Shown here in pieces: positions 44,283-54,898 of a stretch of 64,000 bases of DNA. Origin of the DNA: Promethearchaeota archaeon (GTDB lineage: Archaea; Asgardarchaeota; Lokiarchaeia; Sigyniarchaeales; SOKP01); assembly GCA_048940925.1 (NCBI GenBank), contig JBHLOC010000002.1, positions 32,001 through 96,000 of the forward strand, read 5' to 3'. How positions within the stretch are numbered: position 1 is the first letter of the stretch; every line of letters begins with the position of its first letter. The notes beneath the pieces are model-generated. The model did not search any database, was not told the DNA's origin, and worked only from the letters and a program-made list of their open reading frames with translations. Made by a program: the position numbers and the translations under genes.

Positions 44283-44289
44283 TCTGATA

Positions 44290-44691
44290 TTATCTTTTTA
44301 AATTATTTCTAACAAATTCGACAATTGTTTTTAAGTCAGTGCCAGGACCATAAAAACCTTTTAAACCATGCTTTTCTAAAAAAGGTTTATCTTCATCAGG
44401 AATAATTCCCCCAACTGCAACAAGAACATCATCTATACCATGTTCTTTTAACTTGTCCATGATTATTGGACATAATGCATTATGAGCTCCCGACAACATA
44501 CTTAACATTACTGCATCAGGATCTTCCTGAATAACAGTATTCACAACATCATCTGGAGTCTGGTGAATTCCTGTGTAAATTACCTCCATTCCAGCATCCC
44601 TTAGAGCCCTAGCAAGAACTTTCGCACCTCTGTCATGACCGTTCAAACCTGGCTTACATACAAGAATTTTTATTTTTTTACTTTCTGACAT
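44290..44691 (-). CDS. acyl-CoA mutase cobalamin-binding small subunit
   Basis: KPGLNGHDRGAK, SMLSGAH, GGIIP, GPGT. Confidence 0.92.
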   Translation of the reverse strand: MSESKKIKILVCKPGLNGHDRGAKVLARALRDAGMEVIYTGIHQTPDDVVNTVIQEDPDAVMLSMLSGAHNALCPIIMDKLKEHGIDDVLVAVGGIIPDEDKPFLEKHGLKGFYGPGTDLKTIVEFVRNNLKR

Positions 44692-44705
44692 TTAATATCA
44701 CCAAA

Positions 44706-46361
44706 TTAAAAAACTGAATCCTCATGATAAGTTCCAAATACTTTTTTTAAAGTATTTATAATTTCTCCTATAGATGCATATTCTCTTACTGCATCAATTA
44801 TAAATGGCATTAAATTTTCTGTTCCTTTCGCTGCTTCTTTTAATTTTTCAAGTTTCTTCTTTACTTCATCATTATCTCTTTCTTCCTTTATTTTCTTTAG
44901 CTTTCGAATTTGTTCTTTCGCAACTTCTTCATCAATCTTTAAAAGAGGAACATTACAAGGTTCTCGTTGTTCAAATTGATTTACTGCTACAATTGTTCTA
45001 TCTCTATTTTCAATTTCGTTTTGATATTTATAAGAGGCATTAGCAATTTCTTTTTGGAAGAAGTTTGCTTTTATTGCTGGCACAACACCACCAAGATCTT
45101 CTATCCTTTTGAAATAAACTTCTGCTTCTTCTTCCATCTTGTTTGTAAGCCATTCAACAAAATAGGATCCTGCTAATGGATCTACTGTGTCTGTAACACC
45201 TGATTCATGAGCGATTATTTGTTGGGTTCGTAGAGCTATTTTTACAGCGTTTTCAGTGGGAAGACATAATGCTTCATCAAAAGAATTAGTATGTAAAGAT
45301 TGTGTTCCTCCCAAGACAGAAGCTAGAGCTTGTATTGTTACTCTAGCAATATTGTTTTCTGGCTCTTGAGCTGTCAATGAAACACCAGCAGTTTGGGTAT
45401 GAAACCGTAATCGCATCGATTCAGACTTTTTTGCTCCATATCTATTTTTCATATGTCTAGCCCATATTCGCCTGGCAGCTCGATATTTACATATTTCCTC
45501 AAAAAAATTATTATGAGAATTAAAGAAAAAGGATAATCGGGGAGCAAAATCATCGATATCTAACTCTCTCTCAAGTGCAGCTTCCACATATGCAAATCCA
45601 TCTGCTAAAGTGAATGCTAATTCTTGAACAGCTGTAGATCCTGCTTCCCTTATATGATATCCACTAATGCTAATTGTATACCACTGAGGCACATGTTTTG
45701 TACAATACTCTATTGTATCGACTATAATTCGCATGGATGGTTCCGGAGGAAAAATCCATGATTTCTGGGCAATATATTCTTTTAAAATATCATTTTGAAT
45801 CGTTCCTCTCAATTGTTCTGGAGTATGACCTTGTTTTTCAGCAGTTACAATATATAAAGCTAGTAATATTGAAGCGGGACCATTTATAGTCATAGAAGTG
45901 CTTATTTTAGAAAGATCAATACCCTCAAATAAAGTCTCCATATCTTTCAGAGTGTCTATTGCGACACCCTCTTTTCCAATTTCTCCTAAAGCTCTCGAAT
46001 CAGTTGCTTCGATCCCATATATGGTATGTAAGCTAAAAGCTACACTTAATCCAGTATTACCATGATCAATTAAAAATTTATATCGCTCGTTGGTCTGTTC
46101 TGCCGTTCCAAATCCCGCGAATTCTCGCATCGTCCATAGTTGTCCTCTATACATATTTGGATATGATCCTCGAATAAAAGGATATTGCCCTGGAAATCCC
46201 AAGTCAAGAGCATAATTCAAATCTTTAATGTCATTAGGAGTATATAAACGTTTGATTTCAATATCAGACAAATTTCTAAAACTTTCATTTCTTTCTTTCT
46301 TAAGTGATATAGAATTCTCCCATTCTTCCTTTTCTTGTTCAATTTTGTCATATTCAGTCAT
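44706..46361 (-). CDS. acyl-CoA mutase large subunit (methylmalonyl/isobutyryl-CoA mutase family)
   Basis: PGQYPFIRG, WTMREFAGFG, GTIQNDILKE, SISGYHIREAG, QSLHTNSFDEA. Confidence 0.93.
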   Translation of the reverse strand: MTEYDKIEQEKEEWENSISLKKERNESFRNLSDIEIKRLYTPNDIKDLNYALDLGFPGQYPFIRGSYPNMYRGQLWTMREFAGFGTAEQTNERYKFLIDHGNTGLSVAFSLHTIYGIEATDSRALGEIGKEGVAIDTLKDMETLFEGIDLSKISTSMTINGPASILLALYIVTAEKQGHTPEQLRGTIQNDILKEYIAQKSWIFPPEPSMRIIVDTIEYCTKHVPQWYTISISGYHIREAGSTAVQELAFTLADGFAYVEAALERELDIDDFAPRLSFFFNSHNNFFEEICKYRAARRIWARHMKNRYGAKKSESMRLRFHTQTAGVSLTAQEPENNIARVTIQALASVLGGTQSLHTNSFDEALCLPTENAVKIALRTQQIIAHESGVTDTVDPLAGSYFVEWLTNKMEEEAEVYFKRIEDLGGVVPAIKANFFQKEIANASYKYQNEIENRDRTIVAVNQFEQREPCNVPLLKIDEEVAKEQIRKLKKIKEERDNDEVKKKLEKLKEAAKGTENLMPFIIDAVREYASIGEIINTLKKVFGTYHEDSVF

Positions 46362-46615
46362 TATTATTATCCCTCTAAGGATACCCTTAAAGTTTAATCA
46401 ATTATTTTATGATAATCAGTTCTTCAATTAGATAAGAGTTTAAAATTATTTTAACTTTATTTTATCAATTTTAAGAGAAAAAGAATTATTATAAAATTTG
46501 GTTTTCAACCTTTAATCCAAATATTGAGTATACTCTGTTTTTCACCAAATTATTTAATTTATAATTTCAAATATTTTATTATTCAATACTTCACAAAAGA
46601 TTTATGGTGAAATAA

Positions 46616-47098
46616 TTGAAAAAGGTAAAACCTTATATCAAGTTAAAAAGAGAAGCGAAAGAGTCAGGTATGATGAATTTACCTTTAACTGAAGTATATT
46701 TTAGTAAACAAGAGAGAAACAGTCAAGTAAATCCCGATGTACATTATAAAGTCAGGAAATTTCTTAAAAGAATTATCACTGATAAGACATTAAGACAAGA
46801 GGCTTCTTTACTACAAAATCATCAGAGATTCAATAATTATATGATTCCCAGTTTAAGATTGTACATCGAAATTGATGACATCCCCATTAAAATATGGGGA
46901 TTTGCAAAAACACCTCACGCGTTTCATATGAAAATTTATTGTGATAATAAAGATACAATGCGTGAGATTGCAAAAATTGCATTTGCACTATTTAAAAAAG
47001 GGGATCTTATCGAAAAAACAGATTGGGATGCTGTTGAATCTATATTTAATGTTAATCACGAGGAATGTATATCGATATGGAAAGCAATATTAAATTAG
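46616..47098 (+). CDS. hypothetical protein
   Basis: 160-aa ORF filling the gap; no recognised motif. Confidence 0.6.
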   Translation: MKKVKPYIKLKREAKESGMMNLPLTEVYFSKQERNSQVNPDVHYKVRKFLKRIITDKTLRQEASLLQNHQRFNNYMIPSLRLYIEIDDIPIKIWGFAKTPHAFHMKIYCDNKDTMREIAKIAFALFKKGDLIEKTDWDAVESIFNVNHEECISIWKAILN

Positions 47099-47278
47099 AA
47101 GGATAATTTCTCCTATTATTTATTCATTAAATAATTAGAAGCATCTTTCAAAGGTAATTTTTGATTTTGGTAAATATTATTTACTTTATAAAAACTCTTA
47201 TTGAATCTTAAAAGAATTTGATTTTAATTTTATTTCACCTAATTTAAGATTAATAAATATCAAAGACTATAATTAATC

Positions 47279-48019
47279 ATGACTAAACTTATCTATCTTG
47301 GGTGTTTAAGCACCAGATCCTATGAATCAACTTGTAAAAACGCGATAAAAATCATTCAATTCTTAGACAGTGAATATCAAGTTCTAGAAAATGTTCCATG
47401 TTGTGGTTCTTTAGCTTATAACATTACTTTAGAAGAAAATATGAAAGAACATGTAAAGTCTGTAAATGAATGGTTTAAAACTAATAATATAACTGAACTT
47501 GTAACGATATGTGCAGGCTGTTATTCTTATTTATCTCGTTATTATAAAGAATTTTTAGGATCTGAATTCAATGTTCAAATAAAACACTTATTACAATTTA
47601 TTACTGAACCTGAAAATTTAGAAAAGTTAAATCTAAAGTATTCAGGAAAACCACTCAAAGTAAATTATCATGACGCATGTCATTTACGCAATGCTCCAGT
47701 TCCAATATTAGAAGAACCAAGAACTATATTAAACTCGATCGAGAACATTGAATTAGTAGAATCTGATTATAATAAAACAAAAAGCATTTGTTGTGGAGCA
47801 GGAGGGGGTGTTTATTCAATTTTTAAGGAAAATAGTGATTATAATGCGAAAGCAATTTTTAACAATATGAAAAAAGGGAAAGCTCTATTGACTGCTTGCC
47901 CTTTTTGCTATACTGCGTTGAAACGTATAAAGGAAGAGAATAACATACGGAAACTTGTTATCAAATTTGAAGATTTTATAGTAAAGATTATGGAGGGAGT
48001 TGATCCTATAAGTGAGTGA
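47279..48019 (+). CDS. CCG-domain Fe-S protein (LutA/GlcF-like)
   Basis: Two CCG motifs, CAGC, YHDACHL, TACPFC. Confidence 0.85.
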   Translation: MTKLIYLGCLSTRSYESTCKNAIKIIQFLDSEYQVLENVPCCGSLAYNITLEENMKEHVKSVNEWFKTNNITELVTICAGCYSYLSRYYKEFLGSEFNVQIKHLLQFITEPENLEKLNLKYSGKPLKVNYHDACHLRNAPVPILEEPRTILNSIENIELVESDYNKTKSICCGAGGGVYSIFKENSDYNAKAIFNNMKKGKALLTACPFCYTALKRIKEENNIRKLVIKFEDFIVKIMEGVDPISE

Positions 48020-49316
48020 TAAAGGAAAAGAGTTATATAAAAAAGTAAAGGACAAAATAAAAATTCGGCACACAAAAGGAACCCTAGAAAACAAATTTGG
48101 GAACTTCTGGACAATAGCTTGGAATTTAAAATTTAAACAGCATGATTTGCGATATTTATATGATAACTCAAGTCGAGAGTTTGTAGAGAAATATAGAGAT
48201 CGACTTATTGCAATAAAAGAAGAATTTGTAAATAATATGGATTACTATGTAGAGAAATGTATTAAAGTAATGCGGGAAGCAAATGATATGAAAGTTTTTT
48301 ATGCAAAAACAAACGAGGAAGCTCATGATATTTTTATGAAAGAAATCGGAGATGCAACAGTAATATATAAATCGAAATCAAATGAAGCAAAAGATATTGG
48401 GATTATTGATGTATTAAAGAAAAATAACATTAAAATTAAAGAGACTGATTTAGGAGACGTTCTTGTAGAATTATTCGATTATAAATTGCCCAAATTTGGC
48501 GTAGGTCCTGGAGCACATTTTACACGTGAAGAAATTGTTGCTAAAATAAAAGAAGTTCACGGGGTAGAACTCGAACCATCAGCAAAAGCTATTGTTGAAT
48601 ATTATAGAAATACTTATCGTAAGGAATTACTTAATGACGTTAAAATATCATTAACTTCTGCTAATGCTATATCTGCTGAAGATGGTACAATTGTGCTTGG
48701 AGAAAATGAAGGAAACATATCACTCTTAACAAGGGCGACTGAAAAGCATATTGTTCTATGTGGGATTACCAAAATTGTTCCTACCATCCTAGACGCTGTA
48801 CTTGTGGCAAAATTGCAAACTAGAATAAATAACGTGTCTTTTAACTATATTAATCTTATTTCAGGCCCTTCTGCTACAGCTGATATTCAAGGTGAAAAAG
48901 TAATAGGGATGTACGGCGCTAAAGAGGTTGTTGTAATTCTTGTCGATGACTGGCGTACAAAAGCTTTGAAAGAAGATTTACCATATAAAGAATTTTTAAA
49001 GTGCATTGGTTGTAGAACATGTAACTATGCCTGCACAGCATCACGAGCTTTCGGAAATATTTTCGCATCAAAGTATGGGTTAGGAGCCGATGGAATTATT
49101 CGAGATTATATTCATAATGGACTTGAAGCTGCTGTTAAAGATGGGTTATACCTTTGTACTGGTTGTGAAAATTGCCTTCATTGGTGTCCTGTATCTATTA
49201 ATCTAGGTGTAATCATGAAATCAATTAAGAAAGAAGCAACCGCTGCCGGATTATGTCCCCCTCCTTTAAAGGAATATCAAGAAAAAATACTTAAAGAAAA
49301 AAATCCATTTAAATAA
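48012..49316 (+). CDS. LUD-domain plus 4Fe-4S protein (LutB-like)
   Basis: KSKS, ETDLG, ENEGN, ISGPS.TADI, CIGCRTC, CTGCENC...CP. Confidence 0.85.
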   Translation: MSDKGKELYKKVKDKIKIRHTKGTLENKFGNFWTIAWNLKFKQHDLRYLYDNSSREFVEKYRDRLIAIKEEFVNNMDYYVEKCIKVMREANDMKVFYAKTNEEAHDIFMKEIGDATVIYKSKSNEAKDIGIIDVLKKNNIKIKETDLGDVLVELFDYKLPKFGVGPGAHFTREEIVAKIKEVHGVELEPSAKAIVEYYRNTYRKELLNDVKISLTSANAISAEDGTIVLGENEGNISLLTRATEKHIVLCGITKIVPTILDAVLVAKLQTRINNVSFNYINLISGPSATADIQGEKVIGMYGAKEVVVILVDDWRTKALKEDLPYKEFLKCIGCRTCNYACTASRAFGNIFASKYGLGADGIIRDYIHNGLEAAVKDGLYLCTGCENCLHWCPVSINLGVIMKSIKKEATAAGLCPPPLKEYQEKILKEKNPFK

Positions 49317-49344
49317 GCTAATCATATTTTCGTTTAAAAAAAGA

Positions 49345-50226
49345 TTATGCTAAATAAGTAAGCATAAATTCTACTAATTTTCCAAATTTTTTAACATTCT
49401 CATATATGTTTGGAGAATTCTCTTCTAAAAAATTTTTAAAAGTATCCCAACTTCCTTTTTTTTCATCAGGTACTTCTTTTATAATCTTTTTCACTGGTTC
49501 AAAATAGCTTGGATAAATTAACTCATCATTCATTCTGTTTCCATAATCAGACATAAGGAACAAGTAATATTCTTTCAAATCTTCAGGATCTAATACACCT
49601 GGAGGTTTATTTCCATCCCCTGCTCTTCTTCCCCGTAACATCTTGGTGTCAACTTGGGTGGGTAGTATCATATTTACCGCTATATTTTCCCTTTTATATT
49701 CCATAGCTAATTCCTTTTGTAACCCCACAACTCCATATTTCGAAGCCGTATATGACGAAAATCTTCCCATTACTGAGGGATATACAGCACTTCCAGTTAT
49801 TATAAATCTTGCTTTATCATTATTATCATCTTTTTTTAAATATGGATAAGCTGCTCTAAATGTATGAAAAACTCCTATAATATTAGCGTTAATAACCATT
49901 GCAAATTTTTCAGGAGGTACTTCGTGAGCACTCGCCATCCAGGACGCACCTGCATTTGCGATTACTCCATTTAATAATCCCAATTCCTCATGAAACACCC
50001 TAAAGATTTTTTCAACTTCATCATATTTAGTAATATCACCACTTTGCACAAACACTTTAACTTCAAGTCCTAATTCTTCAATTTCTTTTTTAACTTTATT
50101 TAATTGCTCTAAAGTTCTCGAAGTTAATCCGATATTTGCTCCTTCTTTAGCAAATGCTATTGCTACAGCTCTACCAATGCCTCTACCTGAACCTGTAATC
50201 ACAATGTTTTTTCCTTTTAATAACAT
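49345..50226 (-). CDS. short-chain dehydrogenase/reductase
   Basis: TGSGRGIG, NAG, YTASK. Confidence 0.9.
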   Translation of the reverse strand: MLLKGKNIVITGSGRGIGRAVAIAFAKEGANIGLTSRTLEQLNKVKKEIEELGLEVKVFVQSGDITKYDEVEKIFRVFHEELGLLNGVIANAGASWMASAHEVPPEKFAMVINANIIGVFHTFRAAYPYLKKDDNNDKARFIITGSAVYPSVMGRFSSYTASKYGVVGLQKELAMEYKRENIAVNMILPTQVDTKMLRGRRAGDGNKPPGVLDPEDLKEYYLFLMSDYGNRMNDELIYPSYFEPVKKIIKEVPDEKKGSWDTFKNFLEENSPNIYENVKKFGKLVEFMLTYLA

Positions 50227-50281
50227 GATTCATTTCACAATTATATATTAAATTATTAAAAAACAAGACACATTATAAATT

Positions 50282-51415
50282 TTAAGAAGCTCTATATGCT
50301 TCAGAAATAGCTGAACATCCACCACACCTTACACACCCAGCTTTACTTTTTAAAGGATTTACCCCATATTGTTTCATTAATATACCAGTTCTAAGATAAA
50401 TGTCTAATAATTTTTCATAATCTGTAATTGGAAGATCTTTCTTGCCAGGCACTGATCTTACAGGTGTGATGTAAGGAATTACTCCTAATGCGATAACTTC
50501 TTCTACAGCTTCCATGAATTCATTTCTGTTTTCACCAAATCCAGTTAAAATGTAAGTACTTACTTGATTATCACCAAAAACCTTAATAGCATGTTTCCAA
50601 TTCTTTTTATATAACTCATAAGACAGGTGAGCTTTTCCAGGTGTAATCTTTTCCCTTATGTTTTCATCTAATATTTCAATATGGATGCCGATAGTATCTG
50701 CTCCCGCTTCGTTTAACTTATCAATATACCGCATATCTTCTAATGCTTCAATTTGAACATGTAGAGGTATATCTGGATGATTCTCTTTTATTCCCTTTAA
50801 TAACTCAATATATCGATTTGCTCCTTTATCGATACTTTCTTCAGTTCCACTAGTTAAAGTCATATGGGAACATCTTCCTTCTTTCTTAGCAGCAGAAATA
50901 ACCTCTGACATTTGTATATAGTTTTTTTCTGCAATTGTTGTGTCGTAGGTTAGACTTAATTCAATACCACAAAATTCACACGCTTCTCCGCAAGCCCAAT
51001 ATATACATTTTTGGTATATAGTGCTAGCTAAACAGTCTATTCCATGGACTAAAGCAATTTTCTTCATTTCAATTCCATCAGAAGTCGTACTATTATAAAA
51101 TTGAGGATTTTCAACGAGTTTCAATTTACCAAAATATGCTCCTGTATTCTTGTCATATACATCAAAAAACCCATCTTTTTTCTCTCCTAATCTTAGACTT
51201 GTCTTTTGTGGATTATTCCAAAGTGCAACATTTATTAAAGTACTATTATCCTCTAATAAGAAGTACCTCCCTCCTAAAGGTCCTGCACCACCTTTTCTAC
51301 CGAAATCAATTTCTATTCCCTGTGATTTATAATGATCGATTAATACGTCATCTAAATATAAACCCTTACAGAGTAATTCTGTTTTCTTTTCAAAGGCAGT
51401 CTGAATATTAATCAT
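50282..51415 (-). CDS. radical SAM protein (MSMEG_0568-like)
   Basis: RKGGAGP, IALVHG.DCLASTI, CGEACEFC, terminal AGCVRCGGCS. Confidence 0.8.
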   Translation of the reverse strand: MINIQTAFEKKTELLCKGLYLDDVLIDHYKSQGIEIDFGRKGGAGPLGGRYFLLEDNSTLINVALWNNPQKTSLRLGEKKDGFFDVYDKNTGAYFGKLKLVENPQFYNSTTSDGIEMKKIALVHGIDCLASTIYQKCIYWACGEACEFCGIELSLTYDTTIAEKNYIQMSEVISAAKKEGRCSHMTLTSGTEESIDKGANRYIELLKGIKENHPDIPLHVQIEALEDMRYIDKLNEAGADTIGIHIEILDENIREKITPGKAHLSYELYKKNWKHAIKVFGDNQVSTYILTGFGENRNEFMEAVEEVIALGVIPYITPVRSVPGKKDLPITDYEKLLDIYLRTGILMKQYGVNPLKSKAGCVRCGGCSAISEAYRAS

Positions 51416-51740
51416 GAGTTTTTAAAATAAAAAGAAGGTAGTCGTAAATATCGTGAGTTACTAAATATTAAATGTATTTAATTTTAAGTCTTATCAAAAA
51501 TAATAAAAAAAAGGATTGGTCATTATTTTAGCAATCTTTTTCTTCTAATCTTTTATAGAGATATATTGAATCTAAAACTTCAAAATATTTAATAATTCGA
51601 TTTTCCCAAGTTTAAAATTAACTTATAATTCAACCTTGAGAGTGTCAAAAAATTTATTAGAAATACGGTATTTATAATCTCAATTGTTTATTTGTATTTG
51701 TAAATTACTTTATTACTTCAATTAAAAAAGGTGTATTATC

Positions 51741-52373
51741 ATCGCCCATAAACGTCCGTGGCACTGTTATTCGAAATGGACTCGTAGACCATATCAATAT
51801 AAGAGATCATCTAATCGTAGACGAGAGTTTGCTCGAGGGGGAGCCCAAAGTAAGATAGTGAGATACTGGGGAGGAAATAAATTAATTCCATGGGAAGATT
51901 GGGACTTAACAGTCTCACTCAAATGTAATCATCAAGTCCAAATTTCATCAAACACACTCGAGGCAATAAGAATCACAATAAATGGTGTACTTCAGCGTAA
52001 ATTGGGTCGACCTAACTATCGACTTAGAGTACGTCCAAAACCATTTCATAAAATAAGAGAAAATCGTATGCTTGCTTTTGCGGGAGCAGATCGCGTCCAA
52101 TCAGGTATGAGAAACTCTTTTGGAAGGTCTACAGGAGTTTGTGCACGAGTAAAAGCAGGACAAATAATTATTGATATTGGCACTTATATAAAGAATCTTC
52201 CTCTTATAAGAGATAGGCTTAGAGTAGCTTCAATGAAAATACCAAGCTCATGTCAAATTGTCGTCACTAAATATAAAACTCCAGAACTTTTAAAACAGTC
52301 AGGTTTACCATTATATGATGCTAAAAAAAGAAGAGAAATCCCACTTTATGAATTACAATTAGCTGAAACCTAA
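51741..52373 (+). CDS. rpl10e: ribosomal protein uL16 (L10e), probable ATC start
   Basis: (M)AHKRPWHCY...QISSNTLEAIR...PFHKIRENRML..AGADR.QSGMR.SFG. SD-like AGGTG 7 nt upstream; in-frame TAA at 51723. Confidence 0.93.
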   Translation: MAHKRPWHCYSKWTRRPYQYKRSSNRRREFARGGAQSKIVRYWGGNKLIPWEDWDLTVSLKCNHQVQISSNTLEAIRITINGVLQRKLGRPNYRLRVRPKPFHKIRENRMLAFAGADRVQSGMRNSFGRSTGVCARVKAGQIIIDIGTYIKNLPLIRDRLRVASMKIPSSCQIVVTKYKTPELLKQSGLPLYDAKKRREIPLYELQLAET

Positions 52374-52596
52374 AATTAAATAAGATTGTAACTATTTTCT
52401 TGATATTCAAGCTTTTCTTCTACCTTTTTAATACATTCATTAAGAAATTCCTTTTACAGTTAATATTACTAATGATATTAGTTCTATTAATAGTATAACA
52501 TTTGAGGTTCTAATAAGTTCAAAATAAACAATTTATGAGTTGCAAAATAAAACTTAAAACATTAACCATCTTTTTATCTTATATTAAATTAATTGA

Positions 52597-53556
52597 GTGT
52601 GTGAAAGACAATTGGAATATCTAAAAGAAGAAGAGCCAGTAGCTCATAAAATATTATTTACTGGATTAGACTTTGCCGGTAAATCAAGTATAATTCAAGT
52701 TCTTAAACGTGAATTTTCAAAAATTTCTAAAATTCAACCAACAAAAGGGGCTCATAGAAGAGTTTTTACTCTATTAGATAGAGAAGTAAGTGAATGGGAT
52801 CTAGGTGGTCAAGAGACTTATCGAATATCTTACTTAAAAAATCCAAGTAAATTTTTTGATGATACCGAAATTGCGATATATGTTATTGATATCCGGAACA
52901 CTGAACGAATTGATGAGGCATTAAGTTATCTAAAGGATGTGATTACACAGTTTTCAAAATTAAAAATAAATCCTCCAATCAACATTTTTTTTCATAAATG
53001 TGATCCTAGCTTAGTAAGAAGCAGCCTTGACAATTTAAATAATACTATTAGTGAATTGTGGGAACGAATTCAAAAATCTGTTAAATACAACCCTATTCAT
53101 TTTTTTAATACTTCTATATATGATACATATTCTCTTATGAATGCTATGTCTCAAATTTTATTAGAATTATATCCAAAATCGCAATTAATACAAAAAACAA
53201 TTGAAGAATTTGCGAAAAAATTAAATTGTGAAGGATTAATGATTATTGATGACAATACACTGGTTATCGGTGCATATTATGAAAATGAAGAAACTAAGCT
53301 ATTTTTAACAAAAAGTATAGGATATTTTTTAACTCTTAATGATAATTTCTTAGAAATGGGATTAGGAGAACCTGAAGACCAGTTTCTTATACACAAATTA
53401 GGAAAATATTTTCTATTCAAACAATTTAAGATAAAGGGAAGTGTTCAGCCCTATTATGCTTTAATCCTTAAATCGCATAACCCATTTGACTTATATTTCA
53501 TTAAGAAGGAATATAGCATTTTTATTAATATCTTGAATGAAATAATAAGTAAATAA
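52597..53556 (+). CDS. Arf/Rag-like small GTPase with C-terminal roadblock/longin-like domain
   Basis: GLDFAGKSS, PTKG, WDLGGQ, HKCD, TSIYD; about 130-aa C-terminal alpha/beta domain. Start may be a downstream TTG. Confidence 0.85.
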   Translation: MCERQLEYLKEEEPVAHKILFTGLDFAGKSSIIQVLKREFSKISKIQPTKGAHRRVFTLLDREVSEWDLGGQETYRISYLKNPSKFFDDTEIAIYVIDIRNTERIDEALSYLKDVITQFSKLKINPPINIFFHKCDPSLVRSSLDNLNNTISELWERIQKSVKYNPIHFFNTSIYDTYSLMNAMSQILLELYPKSQLIQKTIEEFAKKLNCEGLMIIDDNTLVIGAYYENEETKLFLTKSIGYFLTLNDNFLEMGLGEPEDQFLIHKLGKYFLFKQFKIKGSVQPYYALILKSHNPFDLYFIKKEYSIFINILNEIISK

Positions 53557-53636
53557 AATTTTAAATAAAGAGTGGGTTGCTTTTTTTCCTTTTATGCTCA
53601 AATTAGAGCAGTTACATAGTTATGGATGTTTTGCTT

Positions 53637-54500
53637 TCATAATTTAAGATTTTCATCTGACTTCTTGAATATATTCATTAAGAAAATTCCTACTATTATT
53701 AATGCTACAGATAGTATTAGTCCAATTGATATTGTGGCATTTTCTATTATTAGTAGTTCAAATACTATAGGTGCAATAATGTAAAGTGAATTATACATTG
53801 GTACTAATTCTGAAGCATCTGCTCCTTTAGCAAACCCTATTTGAGTAAGTATCATTGCTAAAAAGCCAAGAAAGAAACTAATTAGAAAAATAAAGCTAAG
53901 CAGTTCTCCTCGAAACGCTCCAATAAAAGCTTCAAAAAAATTGCTTGAACTTAATCCCATTCTTTTAAAAACATTATCCATTCCACCAAGCGTTCCTGCA
54001 ACTGCCCCAAAAATAAAAGCAATACCAATCTTTGTTTTCCATGAAAAACTGATAAGGATAGTAAAAAGAATTGCAATAACAATAAGTAAGATAAAAAAAT
54101 TAGAATAGATAATCACCCCGGTTTCAGGGGATTCTATAATATAAAGAATACCAACAAATGTTGTACCAATAATGATTAATACGGCTCCAATTAATTCTTG
54201 CTTAATTATCTCCTCATCTAATATGTAGTGTGAATATATCATTAATAAAATCAAACCTAAACCAAAAACACTTGAGAAGACTGCTGCTGACGCAAATGTT
54301 GTTCCTATAATTTGCCAAATAACTATTGTATTATTTAAAATAAACCCAATAATATAAATTAAGGGTTTTTTACCCTTTTCTTTAAACGATTTTTTTCTAG
54401 AAAAGATTTCTATTCCATGTCGCTCCATGGCTTTTGCTAAATGAAGAACCATAGTGCTAATAATACCAAAAATCAAACCTAAGATAATTATATTTGCCAA
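53637..54500 (-). CDS. DMT-superfamily (NIPA/EamA-like) membrane transporter
   Basis: About 9 TM helices; LDEEI...ELIGAVLIIIG. Confidence 0.65.
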   Translation of the reverse strand: MANIIILGLIFGIISTMVLHLAKAMERHGIEIFSRKKSFKEKGKKPLIYIIGFILNNTIVIWQIIGTTFASAAVFSSVFGLGLILLMIYSHYILDEEIIKQELIGAVLIIIGTTFVGILYIIESPETGVIIYSNFFILLIVIAILFTILISFSWKTKIGIAFIFGAVAGTLGGMDNVFKRMGLSSSNFFEAFIGAFRGELLSFIFLISFFLGFLAMILTQIGFAKGADASELVPMYNSLYIIAPIVFELLIIENATISIGLILSVALIIVGIFLMNIFKKSDENLKL

Positions 54501-54898
54501 AACAATCCTTAATATAAATTATTACTTATATTTTATTTAAAATGGTGAATTAGTCGAATCTATATACAAAATATAACTTTTATTTCCGAGTAATTATGAA
54601 TATATTAAGAAAGCTTAAAAAAAAAATCTAATTTTGATAAATTTTTTTAAGATCCTCTTAAATTTCAACGTTTTTCATTATTACTAAAAAAATATTTTAT
54701 ATTTTTTTCATGATCTTTGAAGTCCTCTTTTAAAATTAATAAAAAGAATCTCTAATAAGAGAAATTTTTATTTTTCTATATTTTAATTTTGCTATAAAAT
54801 AAAATTGGATATTATGATATTGATTTTTAAAAAATCTTCTATAAATCTCATACATAGAAAATTTATTAAGATTGTTCACTTTACTAAATTAGAATAAC

